A stretch of DNA of 32,000 nt from Rhodobacter capsulatus SB 1003. Its GTDB lineage: Bacteria > Pseudomonadota > Alphaproteobacteria > Rhodobacterales > Rhodobacteraceae. The translations under genes and the position numbers were made by a program. Under the pieces are notes generated by a model. It saw only the letters and a program-made list of their open reading frames with translations, was not told the origin of the DNA and ran no database searches. The stretch lies in the NCBI RefSeq assembly GCF_000021865.1, contig NC_014034.1, forward strand, positions 780,001 to 812,000, read 5' to 3'. Within the stretch, counting starts at the first letter, position 1, and the number at the start of each line of letters is the position of its first letter. Positions 23,469 through 31,915 of the stretch are shown one piece after another.

Positions 23469-23482
23469 TTTGTGATCACAAA
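23469..23482. promoter_or_regulatory. Perfect 14-bp palindrome TTTGTGATCACAAA upstream of sdhC (candidate operator)
   Basis: Read directly. It lies 161 nt upstream of the sdhC ATG, in a lower-GC promoter-like stretch. Confidence 0.5.
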
Positions 23483-23642
23483 GCAGAATTTCCGGCGTTT
23501 TTTTGCAACTGCAAAGGCGAAATTTGATCTGAATGCGTGACTTGGCCGCCGTGACCGCCTATTCAGGTCTCACAATTCCGGCCAACCCGTCTGCCTCCAC
23601 TCTCTGGCCCGCGCAGACGGCCCAGCGAGTGAGGGACCCCAA

Positions 23643-24041
23643 ATGGCTGAACCGAAACGGGTCGAGCGACCCCTTTCCCCCTTCATGATCGGCCCGTATT
23701 ACCGTCCGCAGATGACGTCGATGAGCTCGATCCTGACCCGGATCACCGGCAACGCGCTGATTGCGGGCTTCCTGCTTGGCGCCTGGTGGCTGATCGCCGC
23801 CGTCTCCAGCCCCGGCTATTTCGGCTTCGTGAACTGGATCGTCACCTCCTGGCTCGGCTGGCTGATCTTCGCGGGCATGGCCTGGGCGATGTGGTATCAC
23901 TACCTGACCGGGCTGCGGCATCTGCTGTGGGACACCGGCAAGGGGCTGGATATCGAAACCGCCGAGAAACTCGGCTGGGGGGCGATCATCGGCTCGGTGG
24001 TGCTGACGCTTTTGACGCTCATCATTCTGGCGATTTTCTGA
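23643..24041 (+). CDS. sdhC: Succinate dehydrogenase cytochrome b556 subunit
   Basis: 132 aa with an RPLSPF...YRPQMTSMSSILTRITG N-terminal block and 3 TM helices. A GAGGGA RBS is present. Confidence 0.93.
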   Translation: MAEPKRVERPLSPFMIGPYYRPQMTSMSSILTRITGNALIAGFLLGAWWLIAAVSSPGYFGFVNWIVTSWLGWLIFAGMAWAMWYHYLTGLRHLLWDTGKGLDIETAEKLGWGAIIGSVVLTLLTLIILAIF

Positions 24042-24051
24042 GGAGGCAACC

Positions 24052-24453
24052 ATGCGCTATCTGACCGATCGCAAACGCGCCGTCGGCAAGGGGGCCTCGG
24101 GGTCCGGGACCGAGCATTTCTGGTGGATGACGATGTCCTCGGTGGCGCTGGCCTTTCTGGTGCCCGCCTTCATCTTCGTCTTCGGCCATGCCATCGGCAT
24201 GGATCAGGCCCAGCTTCAGGCCTATTTCGCCCGGCCCTTCCCGGCGATCCTGACCGCGCTGGTCACCATCGTCGGCATGCGCCATTTCGCCAAGGGCGCG
24301 CAGGTGATGCTGGAAGACTACACCCAGGGCAGCCTGCGCAAGGGGCTGGTGATCTTCGTCTATTCGCTGTCGTGGCTGATCTCGGCCCTGGTGCTTTATG
24401 CGCTGGCGAAGATGATGTTCCTTGCCGCCGCGGCGCAACAGATCACGAACTGA
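24052..24453 (+). CDS. sdhD: Succinate dehydrogenase hydrophobic membrane anchor subunit
   Basis: 133 aa with 3 TM helices and a [16 protein letters not shown] block. A GGAGG RBS is present. Positioned between sdhC and sdhA. Confidence 0.9.
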   Translation: MRYLTDRKRAVGKGASGSGTEHFWWMTMSSVALAFLVPAFIFVFGHAIGMDQAQLQAYFARPFPAILTALVTIVGMRHFAKGAQVMLEDYTQGSLRKGLVIFVYSLSWLISALVLYALAKMMFLAAAAQQITN

Positions 24454-24469
24454 CAGGGGCAACCGGACA

Positions 24470-26275
24470 ATGGCTTCCTATACTTACGAAACCCACAACT
24501 ATGACGTGGTGGTGGTCGGTGCCGGTGGCGCGGGCCTGCGGGCAACGCTGGGCATGGCCGAACAGGGGCTGCGCACCGCCTGCGTGACCAAGGTCTTCCC
24601 GACCCGCTCGCATACCGTGGCGGCGCAGGGCGGCATCGCGGCCAGCTTGGGCAACATGGGCCCGGACAGCTGGCAATGGCACATGTTCGACACCGTCAAG
24701 GGCTCGGACTGGCTCGGCGACACCGATGCGATGGAATATCTGGCCCGCTCCGCCCCGGCGGCGGTCTATGAGCTCGAACATTACGGCGTGCCGTTTTCGC
24801 GCACCGAGGCGGGCAAGATCTATCAGCGCCCCTTCGGCGGTCACACCACCGAATTCGGCGACGGCCCGCCGGTGCAGCGCACCTGTGCGGCGGCCGACCG
24901 CACCGGCCACGCCATCCTGCACACGCTTTATGGTCAGTCGCTGAAAAACAACGCGGAATTCTTCATCGAATATTTCGCGCTCGACCTGATCATGTCCGAG
25001 GATGGCGTCTGCCAAGGCGTCGTCTGCTGGAAGCTCGATGACGGCACTTTCCACGTCTTCAACGCCAAGATGACCGTGCTGGCGACGGGCGGTTACGGCC
25101 GCGCCTATTTCTCGGCCACCTCGGCCCATACCTGCACCGGCGACGGCGGCGGGATGGTGGCGCGGGCGGGCCTCGCGCTGCAGGACATGGAATTCGTGCA
25201 GTTCCACCCGACCGGCATCTATGGCTCGGGCTGCCTGATCACCGAAGGCGCGCGCGGCGAGGGCGGCTATCTGACCAACAGCCAGGGCGAGCGGTTCATG
25301 GAACGCTATGCGCCCCATTACAAGGATCTGGCGCCGCGCGACTATGTCTCGCGCTGCATGACGCTGGAAATCCGCGAAGGCCGCGGTGTGGGCGAGCACA
25401 AGGACCACATCCACCTGAACCTCAGCCACCTGCCGAAAGAGGCGCTGGCCGAACGTCTGCCCGGCATCTCGGAATCGGCGAAGATCTTTGCCGGCGTCGA
25501 TGTCACCAAGGAGCCGATCCCGGTTCTGCCCACCGTCCACTACAACATGGGCGGCATTCCCACGAACTACTGGGGCGAGGCGTTGAACCCGACGGCGGAC
25601 AATCCGAATGCGATCGTGCCCGGTCTGATGGCCGTGGGCGAGGCCGGTTGCGCCTCGGTGCATGGGGCGAACCGCCTTGGCTCGAACTCGCTGATCGACC
25701 TTGTGGTTTTTGGTCGTGCCGCGGCGATCCGGGCGGGGGAAATCGTCGATCCGAAGGCGCGTCCGGCGGCCTATAACCAGGCCTCGGTCGACAAGTGCTT
25801 TGCCCGCTTCGACGGGCTGCGCCATGCCAAGGGCCACACCCCCACCGCCGATCTGCGGCTGGAAATGCAGCGCACGATGCAGGCCGATGCGGCGGTCTTC
25901 CGCACCGACAAGACCCTGGCCGAGGGCAAGGCGAAGATGACCGAGATCGCGGCCAAGGTCGCCGATCTGAAGGTCACCGACCGCTCGCTGATCTGGAACA
26001 GCGACCTGATGGAAACGCTGGAACTGACCAACCTGATGCCGAACGCGCTGGCCACCATCGTCGGCGCCGAAGCCCGCAAGGAAAGCCGCGGCGCCCATGC
26101 CTCGGAAGACCACGCGACGCGCGACGACGTGAACTGGCGCAAGCACTCGATCATGCGGGTCGAGGACAACAAGGTCGACCTGAGCTATCGCCCGGTGATC
26201 ACCGAACCGCTGACCACCGAGGCGGAAGGCGGCATCAGCCTGGCGAAGATCGCGCCGAAAGCGCGGACCTTCTGA
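24470..26275 (+). CDS. sdhA: Succinate dehydrogenase flavoprotein subunit
   Basis: 601 aa from [25 protein letters not shown], with the FAD-histidine block [10 protein letters not shown] and HPTGIYG. Confidence 0.97.
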   Translation: MASYTYETHNYDVVVVGAGGAGLRATLGMAEQGLRTACVTKVFPTRSHTVAAQGGIAASLGNMGPDSWQWHMFDTVKGSDWLGDTDAMEYLARSAPAAVYELEHYGVPFSRTEAGKIYQRPFGGHTTEFGDGPPVQRTCAAADRTGHAILHTLYGQSLKNNAEFFIEYFALDLIMSEDGVCQGVVCWKLDDGTFHVFNAKMTVLATGGYGRAYFSATSAHTCTGDGGGMVARAGLALQDMEFVQFHPTGIYGSGCLITEGARGEGGYLTNSQGERFMERYAPHYKDLAPRDYVSRCMTLEIREGRGVGEHKDHIHLNLSHLPKEALAERLPGISESAKIFAGVDVTKEPIPVLPTVHYNMGGIPTNYWGEALNPTADNPNAIVPGLMAVGEAGCASVHGANRLGSNSLIDLVVFGRAAAIRAGEIVDPKARPAAYNQASVDKCFARFDGLRHAKGHTPTADLRLEMQRTMQADAAVFRTDKTLAEGKAKMTEIAAKVADLKVTDRSLIWNSDLMETLELTNLMPNALATIVGAEARKESRGAHASEDHATRDDVNWRKHSIMRVEDNKVDLSYRPVITEPLTTEAEGGISLAKIAPKARTF

Positions 26276-26276
26276 G

Positions 26277-26579
26277 ATGGCGCGGGTCTGGGCATATGGG
26301 ATCGCGGCGGCGGGGCTTGCCCTGGCCGGTTGCGGCCCCATGGCCCTGCCCGAAGCCGAGAGGCTTTGCGCCGAAAGCGTCGCCCCGAAAGCGCCCCTCT
26401 CCGGCGAAGGCCGGATGGGGGTCACCTCGGGCGGCGATTTCGAAAGCGGCGTGAAGCTGACCTTCACAATGGGCAGCGGCGGCGGCGATCCCGGCGCGGC
26501 CTATGACCGCTGCGTCCGCGCCCGCGCGGGGCAGGGGCCCAGCCGCCCCTATTACACCGTGCCGCGGGGGAGGGGATGA
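26277..26579 (+). CDS. Small predicted lipoprotein embedded in the sdh operon
   Basis: 100 aa. MARVWAYGIAAAGLALAGC is a signal peptide plus L-A-G-C lipobox. The ATG lies 1 nt after the sdhA stop, and its stop overlaps the next gene's ATG. Confidence 0.55.
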   Translation: MARVWAYGIAAAGLALAGCGPMALPEAERLCAESVAPKAPLSGEGRMGVTSGGDFESGVKLTFTMGSGGGDPGAAYDRCVRARAGQGPSRPYYTVPRGRG

Positions 26580-27748
26580 TGGAGCTTCTGTGCTTTCGCG
26601 ATGTCCCCGTGATGCCGGTCACCCGCATGCGCGAACATGTGCCGCTGGGCGGTCCGGTCTGGCCCGAGTTCGAGCGTCAGACCGCGGCCCGGTTCTGCTA
26701 TTCCGGCCGTCCCGCCGACAGCGCGCCGCCCCTGCGCAAGCCGGTGCGGCAGTTCCGCCGCCCGGCGCTTTGGGGCGGCTATCTCAGCCATGAATTCGGC
26801 CATCTGGTGGCCGAACACATCACCCGGCTTCTGCCTGCGGTCAGCCAGCGCGACACGGATGTGGTGCTGTTCACCCTGCCCACCGGCACCCCGCCCGAGG
26901 CGCTGGCGCCCTGGGTGCATCAGGTGTTCGACTGGCTGACGATGCCCGCGCGCCGCGCCCGTTTCGTCACCGAACCCAGCCTTGCGCCGGAATTGCGCGT
27001 CTGCGCCCAGGGCGAGATGCTGGGCGGCACCGCCCCCGATCCGGCCTATCTTGACCTGCTCGACGCGCTGCCCGCCCGCCACGGGCTCGGGTCGCGGCCG
27101 CGCCTGCCGCTGATCTATGTCAGCCGTGCCGGGCTGGTGACCACGGGCCGCGGCGGCCATCTGGGCGAGTCCTATCTGGCCGGGCTGCTGGCGCAGCTGG
27201 GCGTGACGGTGATCGACCCCGGAACCCTGCCGATCCGGGCGCAGATGCAGGTCTATGCCCGGGCCGAGGCGCTGGTCTTTGCCGAGGGCTCGGCGCTGCA
27301 TGGCCGCCAGCTGCTGGGCCGTCTCGATCAGGACATCCACGTCCTGCGCCGTCGCACCGGGCCGGATGCCTGGACGGCGGTGCTGACGCCGCGCTGCCGC
27401 AGCCTGCGCAGCCATGATGTCGTCGCGGCGCATCTGACCGTCTCGGGCCGGTTCCGCGGCCCCGAACACACGACCCCGCGCGAATTGCGCCATCTTTACG
27501 CGACCTTCTACGATCTGCCCGCGCTTTTCGCCGCCTTCGCCGATCTGGGCGTGCCGCTCGCCCGGCACTGGAACCACGACGCCTGGCGCGCGGCCGTGCT
27601 GGACGATGCCCTGCGCTGGCTTTTGGCCCAGGCCGCCCCGGTCACCCAGGCGCTGCCCAATCTCATCCGCCTCATCGAGCAGATTTCCACCCCCGATGAG
27701 CTTCTCGACTTGGCCGAGCCGCCCCCGGCCCGGTCCGCTTCGCACTGA
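26576..27748 (+). CDS. GT61/DUF563-like putative glycosyltransferase embedded in the sdh operon
   Basis: 390 aa. [22 protein letters not shown] block resembles the DUF563 N-Y-x-H-F-L-x-E-x-L-P-R-L motif, and a later [15 protein letters not shown] block resembles its G-A-G-L-x-N motif. GC3-rich in this frame. ATGATG overlaps the upstream stop; the start could be 26576 or 26579. Confidence 0.5.
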   Translation: MMELLCFRDVPVMPVTRMREHVPLGGPVWPEFERQTAARFCYSGRPADSAPPLRKPVRQFRRPALWGGYLSHEFGHLVAEHITRLLPAVSQRDTDVVLFTLPTGTPPEALAPWVHQVFDWLTMPARRARFVTEPSLAPELRVCAQGEMLGGTAPDPAYLDLLDALPARHGLGSRPRLPLIYVSRAGLVTTGRGGHLGESYLAGLLAQLGVTVIDPGTLPIRAQMQVYARAEALVFAEGSALHGRQLLGRLDQDIHVLRRRTGPDAWTAVLTPRCRSLRSHDVVAAHLTVSGRFRGPEHTTPRELRHLYATFYDLPALFAAFADLGVPLARHWNHDAWRAAVLDDALRWLLAQAAPVTQALPNLIRLIEQISTPDELLDLAEPPPARSASH

Positions 27749-27759
27749 AAGGACGCCCA

Positions 27760-28539
27760 ATGGTTCAGTTCACGCTTCCGAAAAACTCCAAGATCCGCGT
27801 CGGCAAGACCTGGCCGCGGCCCGAGGGTGCCAAGAACACGCGCAAGTTCAAGATCTACCGCTGGGACCCGGACACCGGCGAAAACCCGCGGGTGGACACC
27901 TATTTCCTCGACATGGACCGCTGCGGGCCGATGGTTCTGGACGCGCTTCTGAAGATCAAGAACGAGATCGACCCGACGCTGACCTTCCGCCGCTCCTGCC
28001 GCGAGGGGATCTGTGGGTCTTGTGCGATGAACATCGACGGCATCAACACGCTGGCCTGCATCTATGGCCTCGACGAGATCAAGGGCGACGTGCGCATCTA
28101 TCCGCTGCCGCATATGCCGGTGGTCAAGGATCTGGTGCCGGACCTGACGCTCTTTTACGCGCAGCATGCCTCGATCATGCCCTTCCTGCAGACGACGACG
28201 AACAAGCCGGAAAAAGAATGGCTGCAGTCGATCGAGGATCGCAAGAAGCTGGACGGTCTTTATGAATGCGTGATGTGCGCGTCGTGCTCGACCTCGTGTC
28301 CGAGCTACTGGTGGAACTCGGACCGCTACCTTGGCCCGGCGGCGCTGCTGCATGCCTATCGCTGGATCATCGACAGCCGGGATGAGGCCACGGCCGAGCG
28401 TCTGGATGCGCTGGAAGACCCGTTCAAGCTTTATCGCTGCCACACGATCATGAACTGCGCCAAGACCTGCCCCAAGGGGCTGAACCCGGCCAAGGCGATC
28501 GCCGAGATCAAGCGGCTGATGGTCAGCCGGCACGTCTGA
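27760..28539 (+). CDS. sdhB: Succinate dehydrogenase iron-sulfur subunit
   Basis: 259 aa with three Cys clusters: [23 protein letters not shown] and [12 protein letters not shown]. Confidence 0.97.
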   Translation: MVQFTLPKNSKIRVGKTWPRPEGAKNTRKFKIYRWDPDTGENPRVDTYFLDMDRCGPMVLDALLKIKNEIDPTLTFRRSCREGICGSCAMNIDGINTLACIYGLDEIKGDVRIYPLPHMPVVKDLVPDLTLFYAQHASIMPFLQTTTNKPEKEWLQSIEDRKKLDGLYECVMCASCSTSCPSYWWNSDRYLGPAALLHAYRWIIDSRDEATAERLDALEDPFKLYRCHTIMNCAKTCPKGLNPAKAIAEIKRLMVSRHV

Positions 28540-28559
28540 TCCGGCTTTGCTTCGACACT

Positions 28560-28586
28560 AGGCCCCGGCACTGCCGGGGCCTTTTT
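28560..28586 (+). terminator. Rho-independent terminator of the sdh operon
   Basis: AGGCCCCGGC-act-GCCGGGGCCT followed by TTTTT (the first T closes the stem). Confidence 0.8.
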
Positions 28587-28694
28587 GCTGCGTTGCGGAA
28601 ATTGCATATCGCAGTTGCAGCATTTTCGCTGTCGGCCGCGGCGGGCATGGGATAGTTTGTCGCAGGGGAGACCACGCACCCACAGGAGCAAGCC

Positions 28695-28859
28695 ATGTCG
28701 AAAATCGTCACCTTCCGGAAGAAATCCGAGCAGGAAAAAGCCGCCGAAGCGCTGAGGATTCTGGCCGAGGCTTACGCCTATTACACGCCCGCCCGCGGCA
28801 AGGCGGATTTGATCGAGGAAACCGAACTCGACCAGATGTTCGAATATTACGCGGCCTGA
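28695..28859 (+). CDS. Small acidic helical protein, 54 aa, unknown function (not in the ORF track)
   Basis: My translation: MSKIVTFRKKSEQEKAAEALRILAEAYAYYTPARGKADLIEETELDQMFEYYAA. AGGAG lies 6 nt upstream. Third codon positions are GC-rich. A terminator follows at 28880-28910. Confidence 0.55.
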   Translation: MSKIVTFRKKSEQEKAAEALRILAEAYAYYTPARGKADLIEETELDQMFEYYAA

Positions 28860-28879
28860 GCCCGATTTGTCGCGAAAGC

Positions 28880-28910
28880 GCCCCTGCCCGTCGGCGGGGG
28901 CTTTTCTTTT
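28880..28910 (+). terminator. Terminator after the 54-codon ORF
   Basis: GCCCCTGCC-cgtc-GGCGGGGGC, 9 bp including one GU pair, followed by TTTTCTTTT. Confidence 0.65.
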
Positions 28911-28953
28911 GCGCCAAAGCCGGGCGAGACTGGCGCAAAGGAGACCGCGCCCC

Positions 28954-29826
28954 GTGAAACCGACCCATCCCGACCATGCCCCGCCCGCCGATGCCGCCGC
29001 CCGCCGCGCGATCAAGCCGGTGATCTGCTACCCGGTCGAGACCCTGCCACGCCCCGATCTGGCCGCGCTGCGCGCCGCCCGCGCGGGCTGGACGAAGATC
29101 GACGAGGTGATCGTCCCGGCGCGCGAGGCGAAATTCTTTGAAGTGCCCGCGGGCTGCTTCTTCCGCATCGTCTCGATCGACGGTCCGCAGGTCGGTGACC
29201 TCAACCTCTGGTCGCTAAAGGATCTGAACGAGCGCTTCTATTCCGGCAAGACCCGCGCGCTGCATGGCACGCATCTGTCGACCGGCGATCAGCTCTGGTC
29301 CTCGATCCCGTACTTGCGGCCGATGGCGACGATCACCGAGGACACGCTGGACTGGTATGGCATCGACGAACATGGCGGCTCGGTGCATGACGTGATCGGC
29401 ACCCGCTGCGATCCCTATACGCATCACCTGCTCTCGGGCGGCGAGACTTACCACCATTGCTGCCATTCGAACCTGACCCGCGCGCTGGCCGAGGAAACCG
29501 GGCTGATGAAACATGCCTGCGAATTCCATGTCCATGACGTGCTGAATGTCTTCATGTGCACCGGCTTCACCCGCGACACCGGCCAGTATTTCATGAAGGC
29601 GTCGCCGGTGCGGCCGGGCGATTATCTGGAATTCTTCGCCGAGATCGATCTGGGCGGCGCGCTCTCGGCCTGCCCGGGCGGCGATTGTTCCTCGGAACAT
29701 TCCTCGGATGCGGCGGCCTGTTACCCGCTCAAGATCGAGATCTATCGGCCGCAGGACCGGCCCGAGGGCTGGGTCTCGCCCGCGCAAAACGGCTATGACC
29801 GGACCCACGGCTGCGATCTGGACTGA
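28954..29826 (+). CDS. DUF1989 family protein (urea carboxylase-associated protein type)
   Basis: 290 aa from a GTG start with AAGGAG 10 nt upstream. It has the EVPAGCFFRIVSIDGPQVGDLNLW block typical of DUF1989 and a Cys/His-rich central region (HHCCHSNL). The upstream ATG at 28867 would run through the preceding terminator, so it was rejected. Confidence 0.65.
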   Translation: MKPTHPDHAPPADAAARRAIKPVICYPVETLPRPDLAALRAARAGWTKIDEVIVPAREAKFFEVPAGCFFRIVSIDGPQVGDLNLWSLKDLNERFYSGKTRALHGTHLSTGDQLWSSIPYLRPMATITEDTLDWYGIDEHGGSVHDVIGTRCDPYTHHLLSGGETYHHCCHSNLTRALAEETGLMKHACEFHVHDVLNVFMCTGFTRDTGQYFMKASPVRPGDYLEFFAEIDLGGALSACPGGDCSSEHSSDAAACYPLKIEIYRPQDRPEGWVSPAQNGYDRTHGCDLD

Positions 29827-29834
29827 GCCGGGCA

Positions 29835-29851
29835 GGGGGGCGCTGCCCCCC
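29835..29851. terminator. GC hairpin exactly filling the gap between convergent DUF1989 and arsR-like genes
   Basis: GGGGGGC-gct-GCCCCCC. This 17-mer is identical to the reverse complement of 19058-19074, the hairpin module of REP-like copy B. Confidence 0.5.
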
Positions 29852-30199
29852 TTACTCCGCTTGCGGCCCCTGCAGCTCGGTTTCCAGAAAGCGCTCGAAC
29901 GCATCCAGATCCAGCGGCTCGAAGGCGCCGAAGCTCTGGATCCAGACGATCGCGCCTTCCATCGCCGCGGGCTCGAGCTTGCACCATTTCACCCGGCCGC
30001 GCTTTTCCTGGCTGATCAGCCCGGCTTCGGCGAGGATCGTCAGATGTTTCGAAATCGCGGCAAGCGACATCTGAAACGGCGCGGCGACATCGGTCACCGC
30101 CATGTCGTCTTCCAGCAGCATGGTCAGGATCGCCCGCCGCGTCGGGTCGGCGAGCGCGGCAAAGACGGCATCAAGGCGGGCGGCGGCGGAAAGGTCCAT
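29852..30199 (-). CDS. ArsR/SmtB-family winged-helix transcriptional regulator
   Basis: 115 aa from MDLSAAARLDAVFAALADPTRRAILTMLLEDDMAVTDVAAPFQMSLAAISKHLTILAEAGLI, the classic ArsR HTH. No obvious metal-binding Cys/His cluster is visible. Start chosen at 30199 (AAGGTGG RBS); longer tracked versions would swallow the upstream palindrome. Confidence 0.85.
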   Translation of the reverse strand: MDLSAAARLDAVFAALADPTRRAILTMLLEDDMAVTDVAAPFQMSLAAISKHLTILAEAGLISQEKRGRVKWCKLEPAAMEGAIVWIQSFGAFEPLDLDAFERFLETELQGPQAE

Positions 30200-30230
30200 G
30201 CGCCACCTTTGCGCATCCTGCGGCAAAACG

Positions 30231-30246
30231 TCAACCGATCGGTTGA
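30231..30246. promoter_or_regulatory. Perfect 16-bp palindrome TCAACCGATCGGTTGA, candidate ArsR-family autoregulatory operator
   Basis: Read directly. It lies 32-47 nt upstream of the arsR-like start codon. Confidence 0.5.
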
Positions 30247-30347
30247 ATATGACTTTGGCCCGGCGCATGCGAAAACCCCCCGCCCGACCCGCGGCTGATT
30301 GCGCAAACGAAAATGAAAACAAGGACTTGCGCGTTCGGAAAGACTCT

Positions 30348-30386
30348 GTCAACGGCGTTGACTCATCGGGCTTGCGTCGTTACACA
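30348..30386 (+). promoter_or_regulatory. Inverted repeat GTCAAC-ggc-GTTGAC overlapping a candidate atp promoter (TTGACT-N17-TACACA)
   Basis: The inverted repeat is at 30348-30362. TTGACT is at 30358-30363, followed by a 17-nt spacer and TACACA at 30381-30386, 26 nt before the atpI ATG. The -10 is only a partial match to TATAAT. Confidence 0.3.
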
Positions 30387-30411
30387 CGGCCTCAACCTGC
30401 GGGGAGCATCC

Positions 30412-30756
30412 ATGTCGGAGGAAGTTGGCGGAGAACCTGATCCCGAGCGTCTGGCGGCGCTTGAGAAACGGCTTTCGCAACTGAAGAAGACCGAGGAGGC
30501 GCCCAAACGCGCAGCGGATGGCGATCTGCGCATGGCCGACATGGCCTGGCGGATGGTCATCGAACTGGTTTCGGGGCTGGGGATCGGCTTCGGCATCGGA
30601 TACGGGCTGGATGCCGTCTTTGGCACGCAGCCCTTCCTGATGCTGATCTTCGTCTTCCTCGGTCTCGCGGCGGGGGTGAAGGTGATGCTTCGCTCGGCCG
30701 CGGACTTGACAAAGGCACAGGCAGCTGCGGCCGCAGCTGGCAAAGAGGGGAAATAG
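30412..30756 (+). CDS. atpI: ATP synthase protein I (AtpI)
   Basis: 114 aa with a charged N-terminus followed by two hydrophobic helices ([34 protein letters not shown]). It sits directly upstream of atpB. GGGGAG RBS is present. Confidence 0.75.
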   Translation: MSEEVGGEPDPERLAALEKRLSQLKKTEEAPKRAADGDLRMADMAWRMVIELVSGLGIGFGIGYGLDAVFGTQPFLMLIFVFLGLAAGVKVMLRSAADLTKAQAAAAAAGKEGK

Positions 30757-30758
30757 TC

Positions 30759-31535
30759 GTGGCAGAAGAAGCTGGCACCGGCCTTGTGTTCCACCCGATG
30801 GAACCGTTCAAGATTCACTCGATGTTCGACGGCGAGGCGATCCGTTGGTTCGAGTTCTTCGTGCCGACGAACTCGACCCTGTGGATGGCGATCGGCGTTC
30901 TGATGATCGCGCTGCTGATGGTCGTGGGCACCTTGCGCCGCGCCATCGTGCCGGGCCGCATCCAGTCGCTCGCCGAGCTGACCTACGGCTTCATCCACAA
31001 GATGGTCGAGGATGTCGCGGGCAAGGACGGGCTGGTCTACTTCCCCTATATCTTCACGCTGTTCCTGTTCATCCTGTTCTCGAACTTCCTTGGCCTGATC
31101 CCGATGGCCTTCACCCCCACCTCGCATATCGCGGTGACCGGCGTGATGGCGATGGGCGTGTTCATCGGCGTCACCGCGCTGGGCTTCATGAAGCACGGCA
31201 GCCACTTCCTGAACCTGTTCTGGGTCTCGGCCGCGCCGCTGCCGCTGCGCCCGATCCTGGCCGTGATCGAGGTGATCTCCTACTTCGTGCGTCCGGTGAG
31301 CCACTCCATCCGGCTTGCGGGCAACATGATGGCCGGCCACGCGGTGATGGAAGTCTTTGCCGCCTTCGCGCCGCTGATCCTGTTCTCCTTCGTCGGCGTG
31401 ATCGTGACCCCGCTCTCGGTGCTGGCGATCGTCGCGATGTATGCGCTCGAAATCCTCGTGGCCTTCGTGCAGGCCTATGTCTTCACCATCCTGACCTGCG
31501 TCTATCTGAAAGACGCGCTGCATCCGGGCCACTGA
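30759..31535 (+). CDS. atpB: F0F1 ATP synthase subunit a
   Basis: 258 aa with a GTG start 2 nt after the atpI stop. It is polytopic and carries the conserved [12 protein letters not shown] arginine motif. Confidence 0.93.
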   Translation: MAEEAGTGLVFHPMEPFKIHSMFDGEAIRWFEFFVPTNSTLWMAIGVLMIALLMVVGTLRRAIVPGRIQSLAELTYGFIHKMVEDVAGKDGLVYFPYIFTLFLFILFSNFLGLIPMAFTPTSHIAVTGVMAMGVFIGVTALGFMKHGSHFLNLFWVSAAPLPLRPILAVIEVISYFVRPVSHSIRLAGNMMAGHAVMEVFAAFAPLILFSFVGVIVTPLSVLAIVAMYALEILVAFVQAYVFTILTCVYLKDALHPGH

Positions 31536-31605
31536 GGCCCGGACCGCAGACAGGTCCCCGTCACAACCTCAATTCAGCCAATTCCAACCTCAAGGAGTGT
31601 CCATC

Positions 31606-31842
31606 ATGGAAGGCGATATCGTTCAAATGGGTGCCTACATCGGTGCTGGTCTTGCGTGCACCGGCATGGGCGGCGCCGCCGTCGGTGTGGGCCACGTCGT
31701 CGGCAACTTCATCTCGGGCGCGCTGCGCAACCCCTCGGCGGCCGCTTCGCAAACCGCCACCATGTTCATCGGTATCGCGTTCGCCGAAGCGCTGGGGATC
31801 TTCTCGTTCCTCGTCGCGCTTCTGCTGATGTTCGCCGTCTGA
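31606..31842 (+). CDS. atpE: F0F1 ATP synthase subunit c
   Basis: 78 aa from [17 protein letters not shown], with a GxGxGxG helix 1 and the conserved carboxylate in [16 protein letters not shown] lies 8 nt upstream of the ATG at 31606; the tracked GTG at 31597 overlaps the RBS. Confidence 0.93.
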   Translation: MEGDIVQMGAYIGAGLACTGMGGAAVGVGHVVGNFISGALRNPSAAASQTATMFIGIAFAEALGIFSFLVALLLMFAV

Positions 31843-31865
31843 TCCCTGCTGAGCAACCTTGCGGT

Positions 31866-31889
31866 CGGGTGGGTGTTCGCACCCACCCG
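31866..31889 (+). other. Stable hairpin between atpE and the b-prime gene
   Basis: CGGGTGGGTG-ttcg-CACCCACCCG, a 10-bp stem with a UUCG tetraloop and no T-tract. Confidence 0.5.
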
Positions 31890-31915
31890 GTAACTGAAGG
31901 GTCCAGGGGGACGAC

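Noticed and set aside
23436-23537. 33-codon ORF (MLPDDICALSDFVITKQNF...) in the sdh promoter region
   Set aside because: It has no RBS and low GC3 unlike real genes here, and it overlaps the palindromic candidate operator. It is most likely non-coding promoter DNA.
24443-26467. 674-aa minus-strand ORF over sdhA
   Set aside because: It is antisense to sdhA, which has the FAD-binding and His-flavinylation motifs.
26552-27760. 402-aa minus-strand ORF opposite the GT61-like gene
   Set aside because: I considered it as an alternative to the plus-strand call. The plus frame has GC3 bias, start/stop coupling with its neighbours and DUF563-like motifs. The minus product is Gly/Arg/Ala/Gln-rich low complexity with no RBS context.
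30363-31532. 389-aa minus-strand ORF opposite atpI and atpB
   Set aside because: It is antisense to the F0 genes. The product is His/Arg/Asp/Glu-rich noise.
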